Shown here: positions 50,660 through 64,000 of the stretch, in pieces
How the letters are laid out: each line of letters begins with the position of its first letter
Position numbering within the stretch: the first letter of the stretch is position 1
Source of the DNA: Tricharina praecox
Taxonomy: Eukaryota
Direction: 5' to 3'
Assembly: GCF_024521635.1 (NCBI RefSeq)
Contig: NW_026250404.1
Coordinates: forward strand, 1,860,001 to 1,924,000
Length of the DNA stretch: 64,000 nt
Made by a program: the position numbers and the translations under genes
Notes under the pieces: generated by a model
Told to the model about the DNA's origin: nothing
What the model saw: only the letters and a program-made list of their open reading frames with translations
The model's database searches: none

Positions 50660-53600
50660 TCATCCTCCCGTACTCTTTCCCATCCCCCATTGTGACCTCT
50701 TCGCAAGCACCACCAAATACGCCACCAGCCGGTAAATCACCGTAATTCCAAGCATGATGATCAGATTCTTCCATGGCGTATAGCCCTCCATACCATATAG
50801 TCTCATTACATCGTCGCCATTCTCCACCGGGCACCGTCCGCTGGGTAGCTTTTGCCAGTCCTCGCAAGTGAACTTGATTCCCTTGAGAGAGGCGGGCACC
50901 AAACACTGCACCGCATATTTGACCGGGCTGATGTAGTTTATTCCATCCAGAAAGGCGGGCATGTCTGTGCTCATGATTCCGGACATGACCACTCCGACGC
51001 TGAGAATCGTGGAAGTGACATTGATGGAGAACCCGGTGTGTTGGAAGAAGGTATTGAAAATTATGCCGAGTGACTCGCCACAATTTGTTATGCATAGGAC
51101 GACGGCTGATACCAGAAAAAACAGTTCGGGTGTTCTAGGCAGTCCCACGGCTAGATCGGCGAGGAGGGAAAAGAGGAGACAGCTGATAATTTCGAATGGT
51201 ACCTCGCAGACTGTGTACGCGAGAAAGAATGATGTTGTACTGTACGCCCGGTCGTCATTCTCCTTATAGAAAGCGTCTCGTTCGTAGGGATCTGCGTTTC
51301 CCGATAGGTTAGCAGAAGAGAGACATCTCAAAGGGTAGGTGAGTCCTACAGATCGCAATGTTCTGCAGAAGGCCAACAAAGTAAAGTGAAGTGAACTGCT
51401 GGACAAATCCCATGCGGTTCTGTACGGCATAATAGTCACTCTTGAGGGGTGCAAAGAAGAGACAGTTTATGATACCCAGTCCCAGGACCTGCATGATTCT
51501 GGCCACGATGAGCGGGGGCTGTCTTCTGATATTGAGCAGACTCCTCCTCATAAGAATAGGATATGCGACATATAATGGCGCCATGTCCCGCCTCATCTGT
51601 CCGAGCTCTGCGGGAAGAGAAATACTCAGGTTTCCGCTCTCGTTTCCGCCGTCGCCCGCCAATGCATCTGCATGACAGAACCGGGAGATCAGATTTTGGA
51701 CCTTGATACGACTCTTCGCTTCGCGATCTTCATGCTGCAGGTCCACCGTCACAATATCCAGGCAAAAGTCCGCGGGGTTGCAGTTCTTCGGACATTCATG
51801 TCCTAAGGATGAGAAGTATGGCAGCATCTGCGCGGCTTTCCCAGAGTACACCGTAAAACCTCCCCTGGCTAGGAGGAGAACATTGCCGAACTTCTCGAAC
51901 AAATCACTCCGGCTTTGATGGATTGTACAGATCACTGTACGACCTTCATCGGCGAGACCTCGAAGGACGTTCAGGATGGAGCCAGCGGTGAATGCATCCA
52001 ATCCAGATCTATCAGAATGTATAATCAGAGACACGAAGCAGTGATATTTCACGTGTATCAAGGGAACTCACGTCGGCTCATCGAGGAGTAGGATCTTTGG
52101 TTCTGTCAGAATCTGAACAGCAATAGATACTCGTCGCTTCTGTCCACCGGATATCCCCTTTAGAAACTCGCTGCCAATGATTATATCCGCGCAATCTCGC
52201 AATCCCATCTTGAGAATGATCTCTTCTGCTCTGCGCTTCTTATCCGCAGCGGACATTGTGCTAGGCAATCGCAATGCGGCGGCATATCGAAGGGTCTCTC
52301 GTACTGTCAACGATGGCAGCAACGCATCGTCGTCTTGCGTGACATACGAGCATAAAGATCGAATCACCGAAGCGGAAGGTGATGATCCGTTGAATAGCAT
52401 GCGTCCCGAGGAACTATACCGGGCCGTAAAGGAGCTATGTAGGCGCCGTGCCATCAGATTGAGCAATGAACTCTGCACGGAGAGTAAACTTTAGTATGAC
52501 TACTAAAACTTCGCTGATCAGGTTACTTACCTTACCGCTTCCAGACGGTCCCATTATAACGTTCAGTTTTCCAGCTTCGAACCTGGTTGAAACCCCTTTA
52601 AGTATCTCGAGCTCCATCTTTCCTTTGCCAAAGAAACCAGGTTTATTCAATGTGAGCTTGTAGTCGTCGAGAACGACATCCACCCTATGAGTTTGCAAAT
52701 TCTCTGCGGTAGACAGCTTCTCCTTTCCTGCTGACCGGTCTTTGTCATCGTTGATTTTGACTGAGGAAACATTCATATCGACAGTGAAGAATTGAAATAG
52801 CAGTCCTGCAATGATGTAGAAGCCGCACAACCAGGCAAGGCCGATTAAAATTGGTGTTCTGATCCAATTTCTGGGGAAGTCCAATAACCTCAGAACATAG
52901 TTTCCATCGTATTCGAGGCAGCCAGAATTTTCACGGCCACCTTCAAGAGGGCAGTCGTAAAACGAATCAGTGAATTCGTTCGCCATTAATGCTCCCAAAG
53001 AGTACCAGTTGTAACTGATGTACTTGGTCCATCGGACATACACAGGGATTGTATTCGCTTGGATGAAAAATCCACAGGCCATGCTCTACGAGTATCAGGT
53101 GTATGTTAGTCCATAAAGCTTTCCCTCTTGTGAGATGAAAGGAACTGACCTGGACCGTGTACGCCAAATTTCCAATGAGAGAAGCTTCGGGAAAGTTACG
53201 CGAGAAGCCCACACACATGGTAGCGAATGTTATTGCCAAGTACTGTGCGACGAGGATAATAGCGAAGAATGTGAAGTATTGTGCGGCATCATTGTCGAAT
53301 CCACACATGAAGTAGTAAATGACCTATCGGGGTGGGGGGAGCCACGGTCAGCCAAGGTTCAACGATCCAGATATGGGTACTGACAGAGAATAAGAATGGC
53401 ACTGGGATATCTTCGGTGAAAATCTTGGCAAATCGTCGACTGGCCAAAAATGCAAACACCCCCACTACTCCTTCGCCATGCTCTCTGTCAAAGACCCGGA
53501 TATCGACCTCGCATAGACGGTATGTTTCGAACAGTAAAATCAAGTACCCCTGGAGACTGGCGGCCATGTAAAGTGCCGCCTGCCTTGATCTGATCCCTGA

Positions 53601-55101
53601 TAGTGAGCCATCCGTTTGGTAGAAAATCCATCCCGCCACGAAGCCCATCACAATGGCTTCCAACAGACAGCCCGAGAGCCCCATAGGATCACGATACGTC
53701 GTTTTAAACGTACGCCTAGTAAGTACTGATACTTGCCGCCACAATGTTGGTTTAGCTGCGCCTCCATGAATGTCCTCATCAAATTCTTCAGACTCTGCTA
53801 CAGCAGAAATTGATGATACGGTGGTTGTCAAAGGGACTGTCTCCTTCTGGAAGGTGAGAACATGAAGCTCGTGCTCTCGCCATGATGCCGTTAGGGATTC
53901 TATCCTTTTAACCGATTCGAATTCAGCTTCCGGGCTGCGGTAATCGATCGCTGCAAGATCAATGAGGAAATCCGGCGGTGATATGTGGTTTGGAAAAGGA
54001 TGTCCCAACGATGCGAAGTATCCCGGAACGTAATGTATACTTCCACTGCATAACACGTTTCCCCGGGCTAGCAATGTGATCCTATCGAACATGCCCCAGA
54101 CTGTGATATTCGGTCAGCATTCGAACTACTACCCGACACGTGAGAGCTAAAGTTGCTTACTCTCGGACCTCGGCTGGTGCAATGTTGTGATTATTGTCCG
54201 TCCTCTCTTTGCTAGATTTTTCAATGTTCGGACGAGTTGAAAGGCTGATGTTGCGTCCAGTCCAGTGGTCGGCTCGTCCAAAAACAAAACCGATGGGTTC
54301 GATAGAAGCTGGACACCAATTGACACCCGCCGTTTCTCGCCCCCAGAACAGCCCTTGTGGATACTGTCTCCAATCGGTGTCTCGGCACACTCTTTGAGGC
54401 CCAGTTGTAGGATGATTTCCTCGACCACTCGCCCACGTTCCTCTGCGGTTGTTCCCGACGGCAGGCGTAGCTCGGCCGAATATTGAAGGGTTTCCCGGAC
54501 CGTCAGTCGTGGCAGCAATACGTCCTGTTGCATTACGTATGCGTGGCGGACGCTTGAAAGTTTATGGGACTCGTTGAAAGTTGTCGTTCCGGTTATCTGG
54601 AGATTTTGGCCTCGCATGCGGTGTGCCATGACGTTCAACAACGACGTCTGTAGGCACCGATTGAGTCAACACACTCGTCCGTCAGCTATCAAGATAACGT
54701 TGGAGGCTGCATACCTTTCCACTCCCACTTCCGCCGATAATGGCCATGAGCTGCCCCGCGGGCATGTCCGCCGAAACATTGTCCAGAATCTTCGTCTCCC
54801 GTTTGCCTTGTTCTTCGTCATCCTTCTCATTCTTCTTCTTCTTCTCCCGACTCCATAGCCTCGAAACTGCGGGTTTCCGGACGACCTCGATACCAAGGCC
54901 ACGAACACAGACGTTGACGGCTTCCACACGGCGGAACGAGATGTAAGGATCGGAGGCGTAATCACCACCGCCAGTTTCGAGAGTGACGAGTGCACAGTCG
55001 CCAGTGTCGATGTCGGGGTTTTCGAGCTTCGAGATGTCGTCGTTGTCCTTTGGGGCAGGACTGCCAGCTGTCTCCTTCTCGAGCCCGTAACTGGAAGCCA
55101 T
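50660..55101 (-). CDS. Full-size ABCG transporter (NBD-TMD)x2, YOL075C-like; about 8 exons
   Basis: NBD1 has GGSGSGK|TSLLN, signature CSGGEKRRVSIG and Walker B LFLDEPTTGLD. NBD2 has GPSGSGK|SSLLN, ISGGQKRRVSIA and LLLDEPT|SGLD. Both NBDs are followed by ABC2-type membrane domains. The Walker A Lys is canonical in both NBDs, unlike Pdr5-type PDR transporters. Confidence 0.93.
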
Positions 55102-57593
55102 TGTCGTGCGAATTCGAGTGCAAGAGAGTCGAAGGGTGCCGAATCGCCAGTTGAGGCCCGTTGTTTATTGGAAGGCGGGAGCTAAGTTCAATTCGGAGGA
55201 GAGGGCTTGTCCGAACGTCCAGCGAGTCCATCCCTGCAGAGCGAAGAGCGAAAACGAAGTTCGCAAGGCCTCTAGCTTTCGTACTGGGTATCTAAGTATA
55301 TACTCTAATTATCCATGCACGTCAGGCCGGAACTCCCTACGGTCTCGCCCCCTCCTGCCGCTTACCAGACTCAGGGACCCTCGGTTAGAAAACATTGATA
55401 CCCATCCATATGTACGTACACATGGGCGGTACGACCTGGGTAGCCAGAAATGCAGGATAGCGATCCCATGGGCACATGTGTTTCTTGCCCGTGGAAGATT
55501 GGGTGGTAAAAAGTATTAGGTATCTTCCGACCGTGATACTCGTAATGCTGAGGAGGTCAAGGGTTCCCATGAAAGCATTTTATGTATGTAGACCGAGACC
55601 AAGTTTCGGTTGAATCGGATCCGTCCATAAGGTTTCCCGCCCCAGAAATGGGGTACATATGCATCTGCTCCAAATAGGCCGGTACCCTGCTTCCAAGGTG
55701 GGCGGTGGTGGGAAATTGGAGTAAGTTAGAGCGCGGCCTTTTGGAACCTGTGGACATAACCTACGCATGTGTGTACCTATGTGCACTGCGGACGACGTTC
55801 TGGATCACATATGTACTGTGCCCAACTGGCCTGAGCCAATCACTCTGCTAGGCATAAGCCCACATACAATTCTAATATGCCTCACTATGCCCGATGACCC
55901 ATTCTAAATTCTCACCAGTGGAGAATTATTACCTCTGCGAAGGCATGACGACACTTCCGAGAGATAGGTAAGTCAGCATCTACCCCGATTAGGGAAGTAT
56001 ATATAAAATACATATGATACCCGAAACTGCGGGGTTATTTTGGCGACATCGACCACATGCGTCACCAGTTCGTTACCTAGCTCCCCGTGCCGCAAGGTGA
56101 AAGTTACCCCTCGATGCTCCATTTCAAGGAACTACCTGTCACTCGCCGCGGCGCCTGTCGCCTTGGCTTCCTGGCTTTAGCCGAAAAAGATGCAGAACCG
56201 ATGCGATTCATCCGCTGTTCATGCAAAGATCAGAACCAAGATGCGTCGGTTTCAATTCTCCGACGGCGGTTGCGGTTTAGGTGGGATCTGCCAACGTGCT
56301 CCATGTCGGACAGAATTCCTGAAGGAATGTGCTTAAATAGTTCAGTGAGACAAGATTGGGTACTCTAGAAGTGATCCCATTCCTGTCGCACTGGATTTCT
56401 TGGGATTTGTCTTTTTCCATGAGACCTGGTCCGAATGTGAGGGTGTCCAGGATTGGTATGAAAGCTGATTCCCATACAAGGCCGAATTCACTTGAGGACG
56501 AGAGGCAACCAACCAGCCTCCAGAAGGAAGGAAGCCTTCTCATCTAAGCCACATGTAACATTTAACTGACTCGGTAGAACCCCTCTAAAAATGTCATGGA
56601 GATGGGTACTTCCCATAGTCAGGTCTCGACTCTCGTTACCTTCTCCGCCCACTCTTGTCAAGTACTTTACTCGGGAGAACAGCTACTATTATAGAATACC
56701 CACTTTCTCGTCCTCTTATCCAATTTCATCATAGTTGTACATACGATGCAGTGCCCCATCGGGCGTGAAAGCAGGTACATCTCTATGCCCCGCGAAGTTC
56801 TATTCACAAGGGCAACCACTGAGTTATGTAATTACTCATCCCGCACACGATACATAGCACACGAAACGGGCTTTCTCTAGAAGTCACCATCAGTAGCTTA
56901 TGTCTAGTAATAACTACGGCCATCCTTTACCATAGGTATTTCTTTGCTAGATGGGGATATTGCTTAGGTAACCCAGAGTGGCTGCTCAGCTGCGAGCCGC
57001 TGTGCCGCCAACGACCGACGACCGACGACCGACGACTGGCGCCGCTCACATACCAGCAACCGCAGCCAGCCAGCCAGCTAGCGAAGGAACAACTATGTAA
57101 ATACAAAACGCAGACCGCGCAGCTAACTCGCCGGTGGCACCAGGCACCAGGCACTGTGCCTGTACTATTGGCAGAGCGACTTCCCGAGAAATCCTCCGAA
57201 CCCTGCAGGCAAGCAGTTCGGAAGGGCCACAGGGCCGCTATCAACGCCGTCACAGGGAGATACATAGTCGCCGATCAGCACGGATCATAGATAGCTAGCG
57301 AGAGAGAATTCGGCTTACAACATATTTCGTGAGGCCCTTTCCGCTTCGTAAGCGTACTCCGCAAAAAGTCGTGTTCGCGGAGGGGTTTCGTCAGCTTTCT
57401 GATTCCTCATTCCTGTATGTGCTACGATAGTTACGCTGCGAGGCATCGCATGGGCAATCCGCTTTCTATTTTTCGCAGCACATCTCCATCCCTATCCCCT
57501 ACTGTATAAAGGGGAGGGTAAGAAATGTGGTACCTGGTGCTACATACCTAACCTACCATGTTTTGGACAAACTGGTAGTGACATACCTAAATA

Positions 57594-57672
57594 GTATCAA
57601 CACGGTCAAAATACGTATTCTTCATGTCCTAATGCGACAGCAATATCCGTTCAGCAGGAAATAACGTTTTTC
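57594..57672 (+). repeat. Dispersed repeat fragment, copy 2 (see 45549-45630)
   Basis: Colinear alignment with 45549-45630, including the exact core CGGTCAAAATACGTATT. Confidence 0.75.
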
Positions 57673-60327
57673 AGAGACGAGACGACCGCCCGGGTTTCCA
57701 GACTCCACCAAGCAACTCAAATACCTACATATCTACGTGGTGCCTCGGGTACCGGGCAGGCTTCATCCCTTAGTCTAGGTACACGAGCTCGTTGTTTCCC
57801 TTTAAAAGTACCAAGTCTCCTCTACTCGTCTTTCTCTTTCATCCCATTAATCAAGTCAAGTCTTCTCCCAGTCCCAACAGTTCCCGGCACTTCCGATGCC
57901 CACGGCTGGCTATCTACGTTACTCGTTACTTGAGCACCCAGCGATTGTGGAGTTTCCTGCGGTCGTAGTTAGTTGCAAGAACCGCTCGTCTATGAGAAAG
58001 CCCCCTACCTACTTTTAGGGACACTATTACTGGTGTCGTAAGCCAGTCTCCAGAAGAAGAGCAGCACTATCCTCGCACCCCATAGCAGAGCTCGATAGTG
58101 AGCGGTTTTGCCGCTGTCTCGTAGCGCTTGATCGATGCGCCGGGGACTACTGGCCTGTGGAACTGCCGTCAGCATCTGTATGTAAGCATCTTTCAATCGT
58201 ACTAGTCCATCCGGGGCAAGGCGGCAAAGAGGGCAATCATCCGCCCGAACTACATCCTCAGGTTGTTGGGTCCGACGGCGCAACTACATAACCAGGTGGT
58301 CGCAAATGCGACCTAGAGTGGGATATAGAGTAGAGTACATAGATCAAATAGGCCCGCTTAGCTTCGGAGATCTGAATATCGCTCATACATAGAAGTTCGC
58401 CGGGAAGTATCATACTCGTAGTAAGGCTACATACCCGACGGAAACTTCTCGAGGCCATAGGTAGACGGGTCATCAGCTATGGTTCGCCGCCGGCCGCCGA
58501 CAACGATATTAATGACTGCTGTGGACGACCGCTGCCTGGTGGGAGGGAGAACAGCGCCTGAGCCCTCATGAGGTAAGGAGGAGACTGAATATCTCTACTT
58601 GCTACTGCGTACTGCTTGTCATTCGAAAGAGGGTGAGTCGTGACGAGCAATGAGGAGAACGGTCACGCTTTCGCCGAGAATGGTGATGAAATATCCAGCT
58701 CTCTTTATGCCATAGGACGGAAAGGATACGGGGCGGGCAGCTAGCAACCCTGCTGTGCACGTTGACTGGATAGTTCTCATACCCAATCTCATCGCCTCTA
58801 TTGATATCTACTCGATATCACCAATCCTGTATTTAAATGTGGTGAAATGCGATCCAGCCATCGCAACTATTGGGTCCCCGGGTTCTGAAAGCCTGTAGTC
58901 CGAACTTCCGATGCTGTATAATATATTCCTTGCACTTCCACTGGTCCGTCCATATTCCATCTGTTTCCGCCCAGCTCATTCATTCAAAAGCGGGGTACAG
59001 GACCATCACATACCTAATCAAACATCTCGTAGGCCGTAGGCCGTCATTGGCTTTCAATTTTCAGCAGCACTATAACACGGGCATGAGGCTCTGTCGGGCC
59101 AGAATCCAACCCAATGGTGTCCACGACTCCACGGATTCGCCGAGCTTCGATCATTGTACTATAGACGATACGAGCGTCCGTATATAGACCGTGAGCTGCA
59201 CCACTGGAATGCCTAGCTCCGGGTTCAAGGACCGAGGCGTTTTGGAGTGATTGGCTGCTGCAAGCTGGAACGGATAATGGGGTCGGGATGAGAAATCCTG
59301 GTTTGCTGGAACCCCAAATATGTGTTTTTGAAATGCGGAGGGCATTCTGATAGGTGAGGCGTTGGGCCGACACAGGGAATGCTCACATATATTGCAGGCT
59401 CCAGCTGTATCACCTGGAGTCGGATTGGTGGACGAAGAAGCTTGTATGCGTACTTGAAAGGAATGGCCTGGTGAAATACCCCAGCGCTTTCCGTCAGTTC
59501 GCTCGCTAGAGTAAATACTCTATCCAAAGCTGAACACGAAACGCAAGCGGAGCACGACCTCACAGCAACTCCACGCAGCATCACTCGGAATAAAATCCCG
59601 AACTACCTACCTAGGCGGTATGGCCCGGCCGGTCACGGCCGATATCCAGTGGCTGATATCAGTGCTTGAAGAACAGCAACAATCCCAACACGATCACCAC
59701 CATGATCGATTCCCAACACATTCAACACTCGTCCGCCCCGGATTCTAGACCGCGAGCACGAGCGAGTGTGGTGGGACTACGCTCCTCCTCCATCGATCCC
59801 AATCCGGCCTTGTCTTCACAACTAGCCAAGATTGCAATTCAGGTACTCGTCTCCCCCAGCCGAGCACCAAAATCAAGTACCGCGGTTTGCTGACCCCGCG
59901 ATCGGTTCGATAGGTACGACCGCACGGTGCACACCTTTGCATGGTGGTCGCCCGTATCCGTCAGTTCCAATCCGGGGGAGCGAGTGTGACCACATGCAAG
60001 TAGGTAGAGCACGGTCTCGACCACAAGCCTCGTATTTCCCTGGGATGATCACGACAGCGAGAGATTGGAGGGACATTCGGGGCTCGCGAATTGGTTCCTC
60101 CATACCTATCTATCCCCGTTCGTATTGTGTCAAGCCTTTCCACTGCCAAACCAATCAGTAAGCGTCGCTTCGATGCGGGATGGAGTATATACCTGGATCC
60201 GAATGACATGGCGGCACAGGTCTCGACCTGGTATCAAACAGCCACACGACAGCGGAGTGCAATCGCAGAACTTGAGGAACAATCCTCTCGTGCGAGATGG
60301 AAGTGCCGTCTCGCACTCGGACATGGT

Positions 60328-60434
60328 CATTTCCCGAGCAAAGCACCGCGGAGAAGTCGATGCGGACAGCTCTTGTGTCTTGAGATCACGCATGACCATT
60401 TCCCAAGCAAAGCACTGCGGAGAATCGATGCGGA
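60328..60434. repeat. Imperfect direct repeat (about 39-bp unit, about 69-bp period)
   Basis: CATTTCCCGAGCAAAGCACCGCGGAGAAGTCGATGCGGACA vs CATTTCCCAAGCAAAGCACTGCGGAGAATCGATGCGGACA. Confidence 0.8.
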
Positions 60435-61442
60435 CACAAATAGGCAATATTTCGGCAGTGCCCTTCCTCGGCATCCGTCTACTGTCTACCCCGCACGGCC
60501 GACATCATACTGTCGTAGAACTTCACATTTTACCATGGCAAGGCTTGCTTACCGATATCGATCTTGGCTTCTGTTCTCTTTGTGGTCGGGTATATGAGGG
60601 ATATACGCTGTACTCGATACATTGACGTCGACCCGACAAGCCGGAGAAGATAGGTCGAAGACGGCTGAAATGCATGCACCTTCAGGATGTCGATCCGCCT
60701 CCGACGTCGCTATCACCAAGCATTGATGTACACGTAGGATGCTCATACATACCCCGTAGGTACCTACTATGCGCACCGTCAGCCAGCGGGCACATCGGAC
60801 ACCACCACCGCTGCGGACAGAGAACATTCCCCGCCGAATGGGAGTTTGGGAGAGTCCCAATTGTCCCATGGCTCGCATCCACGGTGCGCCATTCAACGCA
60901 GCTAGCCATGGACGCGTGTCCGGATGCGAGGCGAGGCGAGGCGAGGGCAGCGGCAGTTGCGACGGCCGCCGTATCACCCCCCTTCACCCAGCGCCCACCC
61001 ACGCGTTCAACCGACCGACCGTGGCCGATATTACAGCGAATGAAAATTCTGTACCTGCATGCAGCGCGCGATGCACGGGTGGGGGGGGATTCCTCCCATT
61101 CCTCTCCCATTCCTTTTCTTCCTTTCGTCTTCCTCTCGCGTGCAAGTAGACCACGTAGAGTAGGCAACTAGCGCAAGTCGTCAGCGGGCGAATCGCTGAA
61201 ACAAGTGGCGGTCGGGAGAGAGAGGAGAATTTTTTTTTCATCTGCAGTGCACGAACCCCACTTCCCCTTCGTCGGCAAGGCGGCCAATCGAGGTATACTG
61301 GTGAGCGAGGGCTTTGTTTCCGGTTCGGTTTCGTCGAGGGCTAGAACACCACGGTGGCCGTGGGGGAGAGAGTGCATACATAGGTACGCTGCAAACAAGG
61401 AGCAACCCGAACGGAAAGCATCAGCGCTTCATTCGCTCGGCC

Positions 61443-61502
61443 GTAGGTACCGTATGCGCAGTAACAGGAAGTAGGTACCGTATGCACAGTAACAGGTAGG
61501 TA
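61443..61502. repeat. Tandem repeat, 28-bp unit x2
   Basis: GTAGGTACCGTATGCGCAGTAACAGGAA followed by GTAGGTACCGTATGCACAGTAACAGG and a partial TAGGTA. Confidence 0.85.
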
Positions 61503-62759
61503 TCGTCTCCAACTCACCATGCTCATGAGAACCACGGCCATAATCGTGCGATCACGACGCCTTGCTCCACTCTGATTTGTGTGCTCGATAGCGACCTTCC
61601 CCTTCCCGTCCATTTCTGCTTCGCTGCTTTTTCCGTAAAATTCTTCACACACCCACGGCACTGCTGCGCCAGACCAGCGGCTTGGAAGGAGACGTTCCTG
61701 GTTCCTGAGTGATCTTCCCTCCCGTTCCGGTCGGGAAAACTCCCCGGCGCCAATCAACGTCAGATCCACTCACACCCCCCCGCCCCCACCCCACATGGTG
61801 GAATACCATGGTAGGTCCAAGTGCCGCCAGGTAGGTATGGATTGTGTTGGGGCTTGCCTGCGACTCTGCGACGAGAATGAGAAACGGAACATGTACTCTC
61901 GTATTATTGTAATCGTTACGTTATGCTGCCGCCTGTCTTGGAGGTATCAGATACAGACAATGCGGGGTCGCTGTGTCTGCTGGAGGTGCGGGGTGAGGAG
62001 AGGTTTTGTTCGCAAGGAGGAGGATGAAGAGTACGAGGATGAGGACGGGGAAGTCAGCGGAGAGGCGAGGAATGTACTCTGGATGGCCCGATCATACTAT
62101 ACAACATAGTAGCTTGACCCAGCAATACGAGCTTGAGCTTAAAATCAACCATGTACATAAACTCAAAGCTTCTTATCGCCGTGGACAACGAACAGCAAAA
62201 GCTCAATCATGATTTCCATCCTGGTGTCGCAGCGGTGGGATGTGAATTGTTCTATGTACCGCCCGAAAGAAAAAAATGCGCCGTCGGAGTTGTTGGAGCG
62301 AGGGGATTTGTGTACATATTCGTGCACTGACATGGTCACTGGTCAGCGCCAGTCCCGATGGATGGGATTGGGCTAATCTTTGCCTCCACCACTCCTCCGG
62401 GCCCACCGCAAGGAGAGAAAAAGTCTCACCAGTGCCTGTCCATCGTGGCTTACCGGTGATTGGATGTGGATCGAATGTACCTGCAGTGGTGTTGGTAGAT
62501 GCGGCAGATATACTCCATCTCCCCCCTTGGCGCCATGTATGTGTAGATGAGCAGGCGTATATAAGTCCTATCCCTTCCCCGTTTGAAATCCCGTTTCTAT
62601 CCTCAAGCTCCTTCCTCTTCAGCAAGCAAACAAGACTGGTTCTCGTCAAGCAGCACTTACATCCACCACGATCCTTCTACTTTAAGCTTTCCAAGGAAAA
62701 CTTTAAGACCCTTACCTCACTCCTCCTCGTCCTCCTTCACCACCACCACCACCACCACC

Positions 62760-63224
62760 ATGCATTACTCCCTCCTCCCCCTTATCTTCCTCCTGTCCCT
62801 CTTCTCCCTCAACCTCGCCGCCCCAGTGCCGGCAGCAGTACCCAAGACCCTCGCCTCAGCGCTCACCAGCCGGGCCTCCGGTGGTTCCGGCGAAGCAACA
62901 TTCTACGAGCCGGGCCTCGGGGCCTGCGGGCGAGTTAACGGGCCGAACGACATGATCGCTGCGGTGGCCATTGGCCGGGGCAAGGGCGAGTGCGGCAACA
63001 GGATCCGCGTGTCCTGCGGCGGGAAGCAAATCGAAGTTGAAATTGTCGACCTGTGTGCATCTTGCGTAAGTTCTTCCCTACCTATTGAGTTATAGTTATG
63101 GAGGGCTTTGTGGCTAATACCTAATCTATAGGCTCCTAATGATGTCGACCTCTCGCCGATTGCTTTCAACCAGCTGGCGGACCCCGATCAGGGACGGGTG
63201 GCCATTACTTGGGAATACGTCTAA
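62760..63224 (+). CDS. Secreted RlpA/DPBB expansin-like (loosenin-type) protein; exons 62760-63065 and 63132-63224; 132 aa
   Basis: Signal peptide MHYSLLPLIFLLSLFSLNLAAP; motifs GEATFYEPGLGACG, VEIVDLCASC|APNDVDLSPIAFNQLADPDQGRVAITWEY. The GT-AG intron has a CTAAT branch, and there is a TATATAA box at about 62558. Confidence 0.9.
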
Positions 63225-63920
63225 ATGCTTGATCCGGAACGGAGTCACTGGTTGATTTCCGTCGGATTGAGCGTGGTGCTGGTACATACACGGAATAGGT
63301 GGTGGATGGGAAGGTTTTTGGTTTTGTTTTGCTCTGCTGGCTGGCTGCGCTGGCCGTTCATGATTCATGATTCGCACGAACACCCGAAAAGGAAAAAAAC
63401 GGTGGGGGATTGTTATATAGACGGATACTGGATTGGGATACTGGGATACCGGGTTGGGGGCGTCGATTTTGATTTTTGGGGGTTCAAGCAAGGTTATGTG
63501 GCTGCGTCTGGTTCCGAGGATGGGCGTTAGCCACCGGATAGGCACTCAGGTATGGGAGGATCGGGATTTGGGATTGGTGTTGGGGTACATAGATGAAAAG
63601 GAAATTTTACATACATCGTCCGTACTTCATGCGTTTTTGCTGGTGATTATGTAGAGTGCTATGCGATGAGTCTCTCGCCATGGTGACAAGATCCGGTGGA
63701 GGGATTGGGAAGCTCACATCGAGTTGCCGGTTTATGGGTCAGACAGTGGGGAGGAACCGGTTTGTAACTGCCATGATCTAATAGGGTCGAATGCAATAAT
63801 AATAAATCAAAAACCAGAAAGCCATAGTAACAGTGGCCTGTCTATTCCCGTTGCAATGAGGAACCGTTTTTCAGAGCCAAAATATTGTACAAGCATCAAA
63901 TCATCTATCCCTCCGTACGC

Positions 63921-64000
63921 TCACTCTGTCGAGCAGCAGAGGATATCGTACACTTCCGTCGGCTCGGCCTCGTCCTCCTCCCTCTCCTCCACATGCACCG
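63921..64000 (-). CDS. Possible 3' end of a gene continuing beyond the window
   Basis: Open frame VHVEEREEDEAEPTEVYDILCCSTE* with GC-rich third positions, followed on its 3' side by AT-richer UTR-like sequence. Too short to be certain. Confidence 0.35.
   Translation of the reverse strand, partial: VHVEEREEDEAEPTEVYDILCCSTE

Noticed and set aside
21604..55101. Formamidase, Zn2Cys6 factor and ABC transporter as a secondary-metabolite or detoxification cluster
   Set aside because: No backbone or tailoring enzymes are present, and the genes are separated by long gene-poor stretches.

Overview
Intron-containing genomic DNA of a filamentous ascomycete; the short GT-AG introns with CTRAC/CTAAC branch sites and the gene set fit Pezizomycotina, but the species cannot be identified from sequence alone. 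Supported genes, in order: a 5'-truncated forkhead transcription factor (Fhl1-like), an NsdC/Usv1-type C2H2 transcription factor preceded by about 11 kb of non-coding DNA, IPI1, a 670-aa hypothetical protein with a poly-Asp tract, formamidase, a Zn2Cys6 transcription factor whose cluster is split by a GC-AG intron, a 225-aa uncharacterised 'LHRHF' protein with a Cys-rich tail, an F-box protein with a long acidic tail, a full-size ABCG transporter, a secreted expansin/loosenin-like protein, and possibly the 3' end of a gene at the right edge. Mobile DNA includes a 1.3-kb TA-flanked non-autonomous TIR element, a 143-bp deletion derivative of it 40 kb away, a decayed hAT element, an Impala-like MITE and a nested 270-bp foldback. 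The most notable observations are five histone-tail-like AGK-x-P motifs in the forkhead C-terminus, the isolated HxH/Cys-tail protein, and the foldback element. No rRNA, tRNA or CRISPR array is supported, and most ORFs in the six-frame track are spurious.
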